The position numbers were made by a program, and so were the translations under genes. The notes under the pieces were generated by a model. The model was not told where the DNA came from. It searched no databases and worked only from the letters and a program-made list of their open reading frames with translations. Below, piece after piece: positions 51,132 through 61,349 of a stretch of 64,000 bases of DNA (position 1 is the stretch's first letter; each line of letters starts with the position of its first letter). Origin of the DNA: an uncultured Acidobacteriota bacterium (GTDB lineage: Bacteria; Acidobacteriota; Blastocatellia; RBC074); assembly GCA_963796275.1 (NCBI GenBank), contig CAWCKY010000002.1:480001-544000 (forward strand), in the 5' to 3' direction.

Positions 51132-52172
51132 TTACCTGGCATCGAATTTCATATTTATCGCTTGCTCTTTTCCCTCTCGAATAATAGAGATCGTAAACGC
51201 AAACCCGGTCTTATTATTTAATATCGGGTCTTTAAACAAATTTTCAATTAAGGCATTCAAATCCATAGTTGAAGTGACGGCATCGTCATTTATGCGGATT
51301 ATGCAATCTCCAGCCTTAAAACCGGTGCCTTCCGCCATGCCGCCAGCAGTTACTTCTGTTACCAGTACGCCGCCACCAGCCACATTGAAATATTGGGCTA
51401 ACTGCTCGTTCAATTCTGAGGTGGTGACGCCGAGATAAAATCGGCTGGCATTAGCCATCTGCTGGATGCCCTTCACCGGCTCAATATACTGGAGCAAAGA
51501 CGCACTCTTTTCATCCGAACCCTTCTGCGGGGGCGGAACGTCCTTGCTCAGCCCTGCATCTTTGCTCCGTTCATCCTTCTCGCGTTCTCCGGCTGGCGCG
51601 AGCGACGTCCCTGTCTGATAAGCCTGTCTCCTTTGTTCGACCAGAGCCGAGGCTCGCCGGTAACCAATCTCGACCGAGATATTTTGCGTTTCACCATTTC
51701 GGCTGATGCCGAGAGTCAGATTTTTTCCCGGTGCGGAGTCGATGAGCAATAGAAAAAATTGCGCGCGGTTCAACACTTTCTGATCATCGAAGGAGAGTAT
51801 GACGTCATTCTCCTGAAGCCCTGCCCTCGCGGCCGGACTGCCTTCAACCACTTTCCCGACAATCGCGCCGCGAACCTCCGCCAGTTGTAATTGTTTGGCC
51901 CGCTCTTCGTTGACGTCCCCTAGATACACCCCCAAGTACCCGCTGCTTCCTCTATCAGCTTGAATCGGCGTATCACTTTTTATCTGCCTTAAAAGCTGCA
52001 AATCATCAATTAATTGTCCGTAATGGTAAGCCGCATCGACGGGCGAGCGGTTCCGGGAGGCCGCCTCTTTCCCCGATCGATCTTGAGCAGTAGTGTGATA
52101 GCCCGCGAAGAGGAGCATACCGGATGCGACGAGGATACGAAGGGCGGCCAGGGATATCCGATCAAGCTTCAT
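51132..52172 (-). CDS. Secreted tandem-PDZ domain protein
   Basis: Two PDZ motifs, 'GYLGV....V..V..GSPA..AGL...DVI' and 'YLGV...GVLV.EV...AE..G.KAGD.I'; start placed at ATG 52172. Confidence 0.8.
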   Translation of the reverse strand: MKLDRISLAALRILVASGMLLFAGYHTTAQDRSGKEAASRNRSPVDAAYHYGQLIDDLQLLRQIKSDTPIQADRGSSGYLGVYLGDVNEERAKQLQLAEVRGAIVGKVVEGSPAARAGLQENDVILSFDDQKVLNRAQFFLLLIDSAPGKNLTLGISRNGETQNISVEIGYRRASALVEQRRQAYQTGTSLAPAGEREKDERSKDAGLSKDVPPPQKGSDEKSASLLQYIEPVKGIQQMANASRFYLGVTTSELNEQLAQYFNVAGGGVLVTEVTAGGMAEGTGFKAGDCIIRINDDAVTSTMDLNALIENLFKDPILNNKTGFAFTISIIREGKEQAINMKFDAR

Positions 52173-52351
52173 AACAGACAGCCTCGATTTATTTCCTTCT
52201 TGCACAAAATCACGCGAAATTGATAAACGTGTCAAATATTGCCTTACGTAGCAATTTCCACGCATCGTATAAGAGGATGTTCCAGAAAATTAGGGATTGG
52301 GCGGATTTATCGCGATGCTACGCATTCTCATCGATATCCGAAATCTCGATG

Positions 52352-54418
52352 CTATTTTACTTTTACAACGACGAGCGTCAGATCGTCTTCCTGTTCGGCA
52401 TCCGAAGTCCATTCTTTGACGGAACGAAGAATATTCTTCTCCAGCTCGGCCGCGCTCAGGTTACGGTGCCTGGTAATCAAGGAGATCAACCGTTCCTCGC
52501 CATACTCTTCATTCCCGGGGTTCCGCGCCTCGATCAAGCCATCGGTGAATGCGACCAGCAGGTCCCCGCTCTCCACTTTCAGCTCACCCCCTTCGAAGAC
52601 AACGTCGCGAAACAACCCGAGCACCGTTCCGCCTCGCTCCAGCTTCTCTATCTCAGCTGGTCTGCTGCGGCGTAATAACAGGGGCGGGTTATGACCGGCG
52701 TTGGTATAACGCAGCGTATCGTCCTGCTCATCGAATTCGGCATAGAAGAGCGTGATGTAGCTTGCCTCAATCAATGAATCGGCCAGTTGTTGATTGACTC
52801 GTTGCAGAATTCGCTCAACCCGACGAACCTCAACATGTCCCACCTGCCCCCGCAGATTGGCCTGTAGATTGGCCATCATAAGTGCAGCAGAGACGCCCTT
52901 GCCGCAAACATCGGCGACCACGATGCCGACACGCCCGGGAGCGACATTGATATAATCGTAATAATCTCCGCTGACCGATCGCGCAGGAATGCAGACTCCG
53001 GGCGAGAAATCGAGCTTCGCCGTCTCGGGGACAGAGCGGGGAAATAAGCGGAATTGCACCTGCGCGGCGATCCGCATCTCCTGATCGAGCCGCTGCTTCT
53101 CCGCCGATACCCGCAATAGCTCTCTGATCGAGCGCGTCATTTGATTGAAGGAGACCGCCAGCGCGCCCAGCTGGTCCCGCCCCGTATTGCAAATCTCGTG
53201 ATCGAAATCGCCCGCTTCGACGCGCTTGGTACCTGCGTACAACTGATGGACCGCCCCGGTGATGGAGCTGGTGAGATAGACCGCCGAACCGACTGCCAGA
53301 AGCGCGATACATAGTGAGAGGGCGGCTAGTCCGACGATTGTATAAAAAACGATTTTCCCGAGGGCGTTGTCCGATTTGAATTGCTGCACGCGCTGCCAGA
53401 TCCTGCTCGGATACAAAAAAGAGACATCGATCAGTAAAACCTCGCTTTCAACAGTCTCTCCCGATGACCATCTTCTCGCGCTTTTGTAAATCGGGAAACT
53501 TCCCGACGGAAAGGAGGATGCCTCCTCATTCCCGAGGTTCGGACCGTCCGGCGCGTTAACGACGTAAGTGCGCGCCTGACCTGGTAGTACCTCGAGGTCT
53601 GTACTATGCCGGAGATGCTCGCAAAGATTGGCGCCGATCGGATAATGTAGCTGCAGCGTAAATCGCTTTTTGAGTTTGACCAGATGTCGGGCGCGTATGA
53701 CTCTTTCACCCGTAGGGAACTCCTCGATCACCAGCCCGTGGAACTCATCCTCATTGCGAATCCATTCAGGCAATGGCTTGCCTTCGATAGCAGTCTGCTG
53801 CTGCGCATCCGCCCCCTCCGGCGATGAGCGTCTGACATCGATCGCCAGGCCGTCCGCGTCGAGGTTGCTGAGGCTCAACGTCAGATCAGGAATGACCAGC
53901 GAGAGAGCATCCGCCCGCTCCTGCAACCTGCGCCGCAATTGGTCTCGACTCAATCTGTCGATATCCCATTCCGCCAGGTCGCGGACGAGAGAAATCGATA
54001 CAGTGCGCGATTGCTCGAGATATCCGTCCAGGTGGCGCGACACGAGGCTCTCGCTCGCCTGCAATACGACGACGTATCCGGCGATGACTATCAACGAAAG
54101 GAGGAGGAGAATAGGCAGCGCGCCGATGAGCAGATAAGTAACTATCAGCCGGCGTCGTAAGCGCCACAACAGGTGCTCGGTGATCCAATGAGCCCCCTTG
54201 ATCGCAAAATATGAGAGAGGAATTACACCGAGTATTGACGCATAATCGAATATCTTTTTGAGCGATGAACTGCCGAATAAAGTCGCTTCATTGACGAAGG
54301 CCCAATCGATAAACCACACCAGCATGACCGCCAGCATGGCTTTACCCATAAAAGTGATGGGCAAGAGGCTTCTGAGTAACTCGAACACGAGGGGTCGCTG
54401 TCTGGGGTATTGCGTCAT
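52352..54418 (-). CDS. PP2C/SpoIIE-family phosphatase with TM segments and HAMP domain
   Basis: 'DQLG.LA.SFN.M' HAMP; 'PA..VSGDYYD', 'ADV.GKG..AAL.M', 'NAGH.PP', 'TDG..EA', 'DD.T'. Confidence 0.9.
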   Translation of the reverse strand: MTQYPRQRPLVFELLRSLLPITFMGKAMLAVMLVWFIDWAFVNEATLFGSSSLKKIFDYASILGVIPLSYFAIKGAHWITEHLLWRLRRRLIVTYLLIGALPILLLLSLIVIAGYVVVLQASESLVSRHLDGYLEQSRTVSISLVRDLAEWDIDRLSRDQLRRRLQERADALSLVIPDLTLSLSNLDADGLAIDVRRSSPEGADAQQQTAIEGKPLPEWIRNEDEFHGLVIEEFPTGERVIRARHLVKLKKRFTLQLHYPIGANLCEHLRHSTDLEVLPGQARTYVVNAPDGPNLGNEEASSFPSGSFPIYKSARRWSSGETVESEVLLIDVSFLYPSRIWQRVQQFKSDNALGKIVFYTIVGLAALSLCIALLAVGSAVYLTSSITGAVHQLYAGTKRVEAGDFDHEICNTGRDQLGALAVSFNQMTRSIRELLRVSAEKQRLDQEMRIAAQVQFRLFPRSVPETAKLDFSPGVCIPARSVSGDYYDYINVAPGRVGIVVADVCGKGVSAALMMANLQANLRGQVGHVEVRRVERILQRVNQQLADSLIEASYITLFYAEFDEQDDTLRYTNAGHNPPLLLRRSRPAEIEKLERGGTVLGLFRDVVFEGGELKVESGDLLVAFTDGLIEARNPGNEEYGEERLISLITRHRNLSAAELEKNILRSVKEWTSDAEQEDDLTLVVVKVK

Positions 54419-54472
54419 AAATCACATTGTCGCGTTACTCGGCGGGCTGAGCGGAGCCATCTTCGTTTTGTT

Positions 54473-56305
54473 TTAGCTCAAATCGGCCTCGAGTCTGGGG
54501 TAAAGCGCGTTGATAATTTCACGATGCTTCTCTTCGACGAACTTACGACGCACTTTGAGAGTCGGAGTGAGTTCTCCGCTCTCGATCGAAAATTCCCGGT
54601 CGAGCAGAGCTATCTTCTTGATCTTCTCGTGGGGTGCCAGTTCTTTTGTAACTTCGTCGACCTTCTTTTTGAAATATTCGACGACACGCGGGTGAGTGAC
54701 GAGCTCCCGTGTATCTTTGCTTTCTAGATTGAGCGTTCTAGCATAAGCGCGCAACGCATCGAAGGCCGGGACGATCAGAGCTGAGGGAAATTTACGCGCG
54801 TTGCCGACCACGATGACCTGTTCAACCATCGGGATACCCCGGATCATGTTTTCAATCAGCTGCGGCGCTATGTATTTGCCGAGGCTCGTCTTGATCAAAT
54901 CCTTTTTGCGGTCGGTGATGCGAATGAAGCCATCCGGATCGATCGTTCCGATATCGCCGGTGTGGAACCAAATCCCATCGTCGTAGCGCTGCAGGACGCG
55001 TTCCGTCTCTTCAGGCATCTGGTAATAGCCCTGCATAACATTGTCCCCCTGGACGAGCAATTCCCCATCTTCGGCGGTGCGGACTTTGACCCCGTGTATC
55101 GTTTGTCCTATCGAACCGATCCGATTGGCGGTCAGACGATTGAATGAGACGACGGGCGATGTCTCGGTCAAGCCGTAACCCTGCAAGATAGGAATGCCGG
55201 CTCCCAGAAAGATGTATGCAAGCTCAGGCGAGAGCGCCGCTCCACCCGCGACGAAAAAGCGGATGCGCCCCCCGACGGCCTCCCGCCATTTGGAGAAGAC
55301 AAGACGATCCATCAACTTATGTTCGAGCGCCAGACGGACCGGCACGCGCTGTCGCTTGTCCTTTAGTACCGCGACTTCCCTGCCGACTTCGATCGCGCGC
55401 CTGAATATCTTCTGTTTGAACGGCGATGCTTCGGCCGCCCGCTTGTTGATCGTGGCATATATTTTTTCGAATAGCCGCGGAACCGCGGTCACGACAGTCG
55501 GGCGTATCTCCTTGATGTCTTCGGCGACTGTCTCCACGCCCCGCGCGAAGCAAATCCTCACCCCAAACCACATGTATATATAAAGGACCGTCCGCTCGAA
55601 AACGTGCGAGAGAGGAAGGAAGCTGAGAGCCACGTCGTCGGGGCGGATTGAGAGCAATTCCCCCGATCTCAGCGTGTCGAAGACCATATTATGATGAGTG
55701 AGCATCACTCCTTTCGGCTCACCCGTGGTGCCCGACGTATAGATTATCGTCGCCAGATCATCCGGTTTCGAGATTGCTGCCAATTGATCGAAAAGCTGCG
55801 GCTGCCGGCTGAGCTCTTCCGCACCGCGTTCCTCAAGCGTCGAAAGAGTGATCAGAGTGTCGTCTTCGGAAGGATTTTGCGTTTCCTCGAACTGGATGAG
55901 CCGCGGTCTCTCTTTGCTCTTGAATCTATCGAGCGCAGGCTTAATCCGCCGCATCTGTTTATTGGTGGAGACGAAGAGAAAGCGGGCTCCGCTATTGCGG
56001 ATTATGAATTCGACCTGATCGACCGATTGTGTGGGATAGATTGGAACATTGATCGCGGCATTGGCGAGGATTGCATAATCGGTGATGCTCCATTCGGGGC
56101 TGCTTTCAGCCAGGAGCGCAACTCGCTCACCCGCTCGCAGACCGAGTTTATGTAGTCCGAGAGCGACTTTATGCACGCGCTCATCCAATTCCCTTCCGCT
56201 GATGTCTCGCCATTTATTGTCACGCTTCGAACGAACGACCACTTCTTCTGTGCGCCGCCCGATCGCGATTCTGAACATCTCGTTTAGTGTACGAGGCTCT
56301 TCCAT
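54473..56305 (-). CDS. Long-chain-fatty-acid--CoA ligase
   Basis: '[16 protein letters not shown]', '[10 protein letters not shown]', 'GYGLTE', 'FHTGDIG', 'GELTPTLK'; start placed at ATG 56305. Confidence 0.92.
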   Translation of the reverse strand: MEEPRTLNEMFRIAIGRRTEEVVVRSKRDNKWRDISGRELDERVHKVALGLHKLGLRAGERVALLAESSPEWSITDYAILANAAINVPIYPTQSVDQVEFIIRNSGARFLFVSTNKQMRRIKPALDRFKSKERPRLIQFEETQNPSEDDTLITLSTLEERGAEELSRQPQLFDQLAAISKPDDLATIIYTSGTTGEPKGVMLTHHNMVFDTLRSGELLSIRPDDVALSFLPLSHVFERTVLYIYMWFGVRICFARGVETVAEDIKEIRPTVVTAVPRLFEKIYATINKRAAEASPFKQKIFRRAIEVGREVAVLKDKRQRVPVRLALEHKLMDRLVFSKWREAVGGRIRFFVAGGAALSPELAYIFLGAGIPILQGYGLTETSPVVSFNRLTANRIGSIGQTIHGVKVRTAEDGELLVQGDNVMQGYYQMPEETERVLQRYDDGIWFHTGDIGTIDPDGFIRITDRKKDLIKTSLGKYIAPQLIENMIRGIPMVEQVIVVGNARKFPSALIVPAFDALRAYARTLNLESKDTRELVTHPRVVEYFKKKVDEVTKELAPHEKIKKIALLDREFSIESGELTPTLKVRRKFVEEKHREIINALYPRLEADLS

Positions 56306-56564
56306 AACTAGTGCATGCAAGCTGAAATAGATCCGGGAGAAAATCAAACTGTAAAAATCAAAGGGGGCAGATGGGAAAGTATTTCAGTAATAATGTTTCC
56401 CTTTCAGTACTCGCTAAACAACTTCTTTTTAAACAACTTAAAGCGCCGCCTGCCTTTGAAATCTGTATTTTATCCGGTGTCTTCTCTTCTTATACTTCCC
56501 CTCGAAGTGCGCGCGTGATAATCAATCTATTTCATCTATTTGTCAATTTTCAAGCCTCCGAGTG

Positions 56565-56593
56565 TTGACACTAAACTCTTTTTTTCTTATTCT
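56565..56593 (+). promoter_or_regulatory. sigma70 promoter of rplM-rpsI
   Basis: TTGACA-17 nt-TATTCT, ~40 nt upstream of rplM. Confidence 0.65.
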
Positions 56594-56635
56594 TTGCGTT
56601 CGTTTTTTTGATGAGATTTCTCGGAGATCATTACT

Positions 56636-57079
56636 ATGTCAACGTATTTTCCCAGTGGTAATAATCTGGAGCGGCATCGTCAGTGGCACATAGTAGATGC
56701 CACCGGCATGACGGTCGGCCGGCTAGCTAGTGAAGTAGCCTTTATTCTTATGGGCAAGCATAAACCGACCTATACTCCATTTATCGATATGGGCGATCAT
56801 GTGATCGTCATCAACGCATCAAAAGTGATATTTAAAGGCACCAAAACAGAAGACAAGCAATACCGCCATCACACAGGTTGGCCGGGCGGACTGAAAGAGA
56901 TATCCGCACGCGATCTGTTGGCGAAGAACCCGGTCCGGCTGATGGAGCTTGCGATAAAGGGCATGTTGCCGAAAACCAAGATCGGTCGCGCTATGGCAGG
57001 CAAGCTCAAGGTATATGCCGGCGCGGAGCATCCGCATAGTGCGCAGAAGCCCAGAAAGCTCGCACTTGCGGCTAAATAA
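56636..57079 (+). CDS. rplM: 50S ribosomal protein L13
   Basis: 'W.IVDA....GRLA..VA..L.GKHKP.YTP..D.GD.VIVINA', 'GMLPK', 'HPH.AQ.P'. Confidence 0.98.
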   Translation: MSTYFPSGNNLERHRQWHIVDATGMTVGRLASEVAFILMGKHKPTYTPFIDMGDHVIVINASKVIFKGTKTEDKQYRHHTGWPGGLKEISARDLLAKNPVRLMELAIKGMLPKTKIGRAMAGKLKVYAGAEHPHSAQKPRKLALAAK

Positions 57080-57286
57080 AATAATTGGTCATTCATTTAT
57101 CGTTGATGAAATCATGACGAATCATTAAGATGAAATCATGAATGCCTCGTGTTTGACGTTCAGGTTATCCAACTTGCCGAAGACCTGATAGCCAAGCCGC
57201 GCATGGAAATGTAAATGAACGACCCTTTAGCTGGATAACCCGCAGGCAGACAACCTGCGGAAGATACTATTGAGGAGTATATTCAA

Positions 57287-57680
57287 GTGGCTGATATTCA
57301 GTATTACGGGACAGGCCGTCGTAAGAGCGCAACGGCACGCGTCTACTTGCGGCCTGGAAGCGGTAACTTCAAGGTTAACCGTGCCTCGATTGACGCTTAT
57401 TTCAAAAACGAGACTTTGCAGATGATAATTCGCCAGCCGTTACAATTGACCGATACGCTCAATAAATTTGACGTCCTGGTCAATGTTACAGGCGGCGGCT
57501 CATCAGGACAGGCGGGCGCGGTGAGACACGGCATTGCCCGTGCTCTCGTCGAGTTCAACGGAGAACTTCGGAAGAAGCTGAAGAGGGCGGGTCTGCTCAC
57601 TCGAGTATCCGCGTGCAAAGGAACGTAAGAAATACGGTCAGAAGGGCGCACGTAAGCGATTCCAGTTCTCGAAACGCTAA
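57287..57680 (+). CDS. rpsI: 30S ribosomal protein S9 (+1 frameshift at ~57606, almost certainly a sequence error)
   Basis: '[12 protein letters not shown]', '[17 protein letters not shown]'. Removing one T at ~57606 restores '[27 protein letters not shown]'. Confidence 0.95.
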
Positions 57681-57780
57681 TTATCAATCGATAAGCTATA
57701 ATTGATGATTGATAATTGATAATTGATAATTGATGATTGATGATTGATAATTAAAGCTTGATAATTAAGGCTTGATAATA
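57679..57780. repeat. Heptamer tandem array (TGATAAT/TGATGAT)
   Basis: About 13 degenerate 7-bp units right after the rpsI stop, with inverted units at 57679-57688 and ~57855-57869. Confidence 0.9.
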
Positions 57781-57894
57781 GATATTGTATTGAATATAAC
57801 CTGCCGTCGATACCTGAGAGACCGAAGATACCGAAGGCCATATTCCCAGCATCGATTATCAAATATCAAGAATCGATCTACCATTAATTCCATT

Positions 57895-57977
57895 GCCGGT
57901 CTCGTCGTTGGTTGTTGCGGCGAGCGAACCGAAACTCTGAGGCCGGCGAGTACAGAAACCAAACATTGGAGGTTTGA
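57895..57977 (+). promoter_or_regulatory. Putative rpsB leader structure
   Basis: Stem GCCGGTCTC...GAGGCCGGC upstream of RBS GGAGG and the TTG start; structured rpsB leaders are widespread. Confidence 0.4.
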
Positions 57978-59069
57978 TTGGCAACAGTATCAATGAAAGA
58001 GCTGCTCGAAGCGGGCGTCCATTTCGGGCACCAAGTGCGCCGTTGGAATCCGAAGATGAAAGAGTTCATCTTCGGCGAGCGCAACGGCATATACATCATC
58101 GATCTGCAGAAAACGCAGCGGATGTTCAAGGATGCGATGAAGTTCCTCTCGACGTTATCGGGTGAGGGTACGAATAAGACCATTCTCTTTGTCGGCACCA
58201 AACGTCAGGCGCAGGATGCGATCAAGGAAGAAGCGCTCCGCTGCAATCAGTACTACGTTAACCAGCGCTGGCTCGGCGGTCTACTCACCAATTTTCAGAC
58301 GATCCAGAAATCGATCAAGCGATTTAAGGAGATCGAAGCGATGCAGGCAGATGGCCGCATCGAGCAGTACGCGAAGAAGGAGCGTTTGCAGATTGAGCGC
58401 GAGCGCCTGTCCCTGGAAAAGAATCTCTCTGGCATCAAGGAGATGAAGAAACTGCCTGATGCGATCTTCGTCATCGATACGAACAAAGAGGAGATCGCGG
58501 TTAAAGAAGCGAACCGTCTCGGAATACCGGTAGTCGCAGTAGTCGACACCAACTGTACGCCGGAGGGAGTCAGCTATATCATCCCGGGTAATGACGACGC
58601 GCTACGCGCCGTTCGTCTCTTCGCCTCACGCATTGCCGACTCGGTACTCGAAGGCCATCAGCTCGCGCAGCAAAAGGAGGCGGAAGAAGCCGCCATCGCT
58701 GCCGAACAGGCGAAAGCGAGCGGCGTGACGGTAGAGATCGCACAACGCCAGCAGCGCGACCGCGGCGAACGTGGCGACCGCGGCGGACGCGGGCGCGATC
58801 GAGGACGGGGCGATCGCGGCGGACGCGGGCGTAGCGATCGGGGAGAGCGCGGCGATCGCGGCGAGAGAGCTGACCGCAGATCAGCTGCTGCGCCCGCGCA
58901 GCCAGTACCTGCGGCACCGGCTGCTGCTCCGGCAACCTCAGGAGGTGCACCGGCTGAGCCGGATGAGCCTCCCAAAGCGTCTAGTCCGGAAACTGTTCCG
59001 GTGGTAGATGTGGCCGCGCCGAGCCATGTAGTCGACCCCCCTGCTGGGAGCGCCGCGGAGTCTGCTTAA
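57978..59069 (+). CDS. rpsB: 30S ribosomal protein S2 with long C-terminal extension
   Basis: '[20 protein letters not shown]', 'FVGTKRQA', 'RWLGGLLTN', 'DTN', 'PGNDDA.RA'. Confidence 0.98.
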   Translation: MATVSMKELLEAGVHFGHQVRRWNPKMKEFIFGERNGIYIIDLQKTQRMFKDAMKFLSTLSGEGTNKTILFVGTKRQAQDAIKEEALRCNQYYVNQRWLGGLLTNFQTIQKSIKRFKEIEAMQADGRIEQYAKKERLQIERERLSLEKNLSGIKEMKKLPDAIFVIDTNKEEIAVKEANRLGIPVVAVVDTNCTPEGVSYIIPGNDDALRAVRLFASRIADSVLEGHQLAQQKEAEEAAIAAEQAKASGVTVEIAQRQQRDRGERGDRGGRGRDRGRGDRGGRGRSDRGERGDRGERADRRSAAAPAQPVPAAPAAAPATSGGAPAEPDEPPKASSPETVPVVDVAAPSHVVDPPAGSAAESA

Positions 59070-59107
59070 TTTAACCCTGCGTATAAATCAGAGGATGAAC
59101 TGACACG

Positions 59108-59150
59108 ACGGCGCAGCCGCTGCCCAATCCGCGAGGCTGCGCCGTTTTTT
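59108..59150 (+). terminator. Rho-independent terminator/attenuator between rpsB and tsf
   Basis: 11-bp stem ACGGCGCAGCC...GGCTGCGCCGT followed by a T run. Confidence 0.75.
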
Positions 59151-59187
59151 GCACATTCTATTTATTTGTGTTTGGAGAGGAAATTTT

Positions 59188-59823
59188 ATGACTATCACGG
59201 CAGAAATGGTGAGAGCGCTCCGCGAGAAGACTGGGGCGGGTATGATGGAATGCAAGAAGGCGCTCACCGAGGCTGATGGAAACGAGGAACAGGCCGTCGA
59301 GATACTACGAAAATCAGGGCTTGCAAGCGCCAAGAAGCGCGAGGGTAGAATCGCCGCAGAGGGGATCGTCGGCTCCTACATACACATGGGAGGAAAAGTC
59401 GGCGTTCTGGTAGAAGTCAATTGCGAAACCGACTTCGTCGCACGGACAGAAGACTTTCAGAGATTCGTCAAAGACATCGCCATGCACATCTGCGCTTCCG
59501 AACCGCAATATGTCAACAAGGAAGATATTCCGGCGGAGGTGATCGAGAAAGAGCGTGAAATTGCGCGCGGCCAGGCTCAAGCCGAGCCTAAGAACGCTAA
59601 CAAGCCCGCGAACATCGTCGAGAAGATGGTCGATGGCCGTATTGAGAAGTTCTACACCGAATCGGTGTTGCTCGAACAGCCGTTCGTTAAAGATCAGGCG
59701 ATAACCATCGGTGAACTTGTCACTCAACTCACAGCCAAGACCGGCGAGAAAATCAGCATCCGCCGCTTCACCCGTTACAAGATGGGCGAGGGGCTGGAAA
59801 AGCGCCAGAATGACCCCGCCTAG
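59188..59823 (+). CDS. tsf: Elongation factor Ts (short form)
   Basis: '[16 protein letters not shown]', '[10 protein letters not shown]', 'LL.Q.FVKD', 'IRRF.RY..GE'; RBS GGAGAGG before ATG 59188. Confidence 0.96.
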   Translation: MTITAEMVRALREKTGAGMMECKKALTEADGNEEQAVEILRKSGLASAKKREGRIAAEGIVGSYIHMGGKVGVLVEVNCETDFVARTEDFQRFVKDIAMHICASEPQYVNKEDIPAEVIEKEREIARGQAQAEPKNANKPANIVEKMVDGRIEKFYTESVLLEQPFVKDQAITIGELVTQLTAKTGEKISIRRFTRYKMGEGLEKRQNDPA

Positions 59824-59868
59824 GCGGGTGAAACACCAACAGGCGAAGTGGGGCAAGGAGTCGCTGTC

Positions 59869-60615
59869 GTGTCAGAAACCTCAGATAAAATTAAATTCCG
59901 CTACCATCGGATTCTGCTCAAATTGAGCGGAGAGGCGTTGATGGGCGATGGGGGGTTTGGGATTGATCCCGATGTGGTAGAGCGCATTGCTCGAGAGGTG
60001 AAGGATGTCCACGATCTCGGCGTAGAGATCGCGATGGTGGTCGGCGGCGGCAACATCTTTCGCGGCCTGAAGTTGAGCACGGCAGGGATGGATCGCGCTT
60101 CGGCCGATTATATGGGAATGCTTGCCACCGTCATGAACGCGCTCGCCCTGCAAGACTCGCTGGAGAAACGCGGCGTTTTCACGCGCGTCGTCTCCGCGAT
60201 CGAGATGCGCGAGGTCGCCGAACCGTTCATCCGCCGGCGCGCCATCCGCCATCTGGAAAAAGGCCGTATCGTAATCTTCGGCGCCGGAATCGGCCAGCCT
60301 TTCTTCACTACTGACACGGCGGCCGCAATGCGCTCGCTCGAAATAAAAGCCGATGTGCTGATGAAGGCGACGCGAGTCGGCGGCATCTACACGGCCGATC
60401 CACGCAAAGACCCCAATGCTATCAAAATCCCCGAATTGACCTATATGCGCGTACTACAGGACGAACTGGCGGTGATGGACGCTTCGGCGATCTCTCTCTG
60501 CAAGGACAATCGTCTGCCGATTCTGGTATTCAATATGAACGAGCCTGGCAACATCAAACGGGCCGTCCTCGGAGAGCGCATAGGCTCGATCGTCAAGCCG
60601 ATCGACCAGTCATAG
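59869..60615 (+). CDS. pyrH: UMP kinase
   Basis: '[11 protein letters not shown]', 'GGGNIFRG', '[11 protein letters not shown]', 'PFFTTDT', 'VMD..A'; RBS AAGGAG before GTG 59869. Confidence 0.97.
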   Translation: MSETSDKIKFRYHRILLKLSGEALMGDGGFGIDPDVVERIAREVKDVHDLGVEIAMVVGGGNIFRGLKLSTAGMDRASADYMGMLATVMNALALQDSLEKRGVFTRVVSAIEMREVAEPFIRRRAIRHLEKGRIVIFGAGIGQPFFTTDTAAAMRSLEIKADVLMKATRVGGIYTADPRKDPNAIKIPELTYMRVLQDELAVMDASAISLCKDNRLPILVFNMNEPGNIKRAVLGERIGSIVKPIDQS

Positions 60616-60639
60616 ATAACGATCTTTGTCGGAGGAAAA

Positions 60640-61197
60640 ATGACCAAGGAGATAAGTAAAGAGACCAGGACCAGAATGGAAAGGGTGATCGAAGACTTCC
60701 GTAGCAAACTCGGCACCGTGCGGACAGGCCGCGCCTCGACCAGCCTGCTCGATAATATCACCGTTGAATACTACGGAACGCAGATGCCGCTCAACCAGGT
60801 AGCTACAATTCACGCCCCGGAGGCTTCGATGCTCACCGTTCAGCCATTCGACCCTTCGCTCATCAACGAGATAGAAAGAGCGCTCCGGACATCCGAACTG
60901 GGCATCAACCCGTCGAACGACGGTAAATTGATCCGCCTCCCTATCCCACCGCTCACTGAAGAACGCCGCAGGCAGATGGTCAAAGTCGTGCACGACATGG
61001 CCGAAGACCATAAGACGGCTATCCGCAATATCCGCCGCGACTCCAACGATAAACTCAAGAAAGCACTTAAAGATAAATCAATATCCGAAGATGAAGAGAA
61101 GGGCGGCCTCGATGACATACAAAAACTAACCGATCAGTTCGTAAACAAGATCGGCGAACTCAGCAAGCACAAAGAAGATGAAATAATGAAAGTGTAA
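60640..61197 (+). CDS. frr: Ribosome recycling factor
   Basis: 'RTGRA', 'V.YYG...PLNQ.A', 'LG.NP..DG..IR..IP.LTEERR', 'IRNIRRD'. Confidence 0.97.
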   Translation: MTKEISKETRTRMERVIEDFRSKLGTVRTGRASTSLLDNITVEYYGTQMPLNQVATIHAPEASMLTVQPFDPSLINEIERALRTSELGINPSNDGKLIRLPIPPLTEERRRQMVKVVHDMAEDHKTAIRNIRRDSNDKLKKALKDKSISEDEEKGGLDDIQKLTDQFVNKIGELSKHKEDEIMKV

Positions 61198-61198
61198 A

Positions 61199-61229
61199 TA
61201 TTGATAATTGATAGTTGATAGTTGATAGT
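61199..61229. repeat. Heptamer tandem array (TTGATAA/TTGATAG) x4
   Basis: Directly after the frr stop codon. Confidence 0.8.
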
Positions 61230-61349
61230 GAAAGTCATACCGCGATATCTGAACGCGATGATTGTCGCGAGTAAAGCGGATCCGGAATTTATTTAAGTAA
61301 TCTTTCTCGCCGGCGCTAATGGTCAGCTGCAAAGCGCCCCTTCTTCTTC

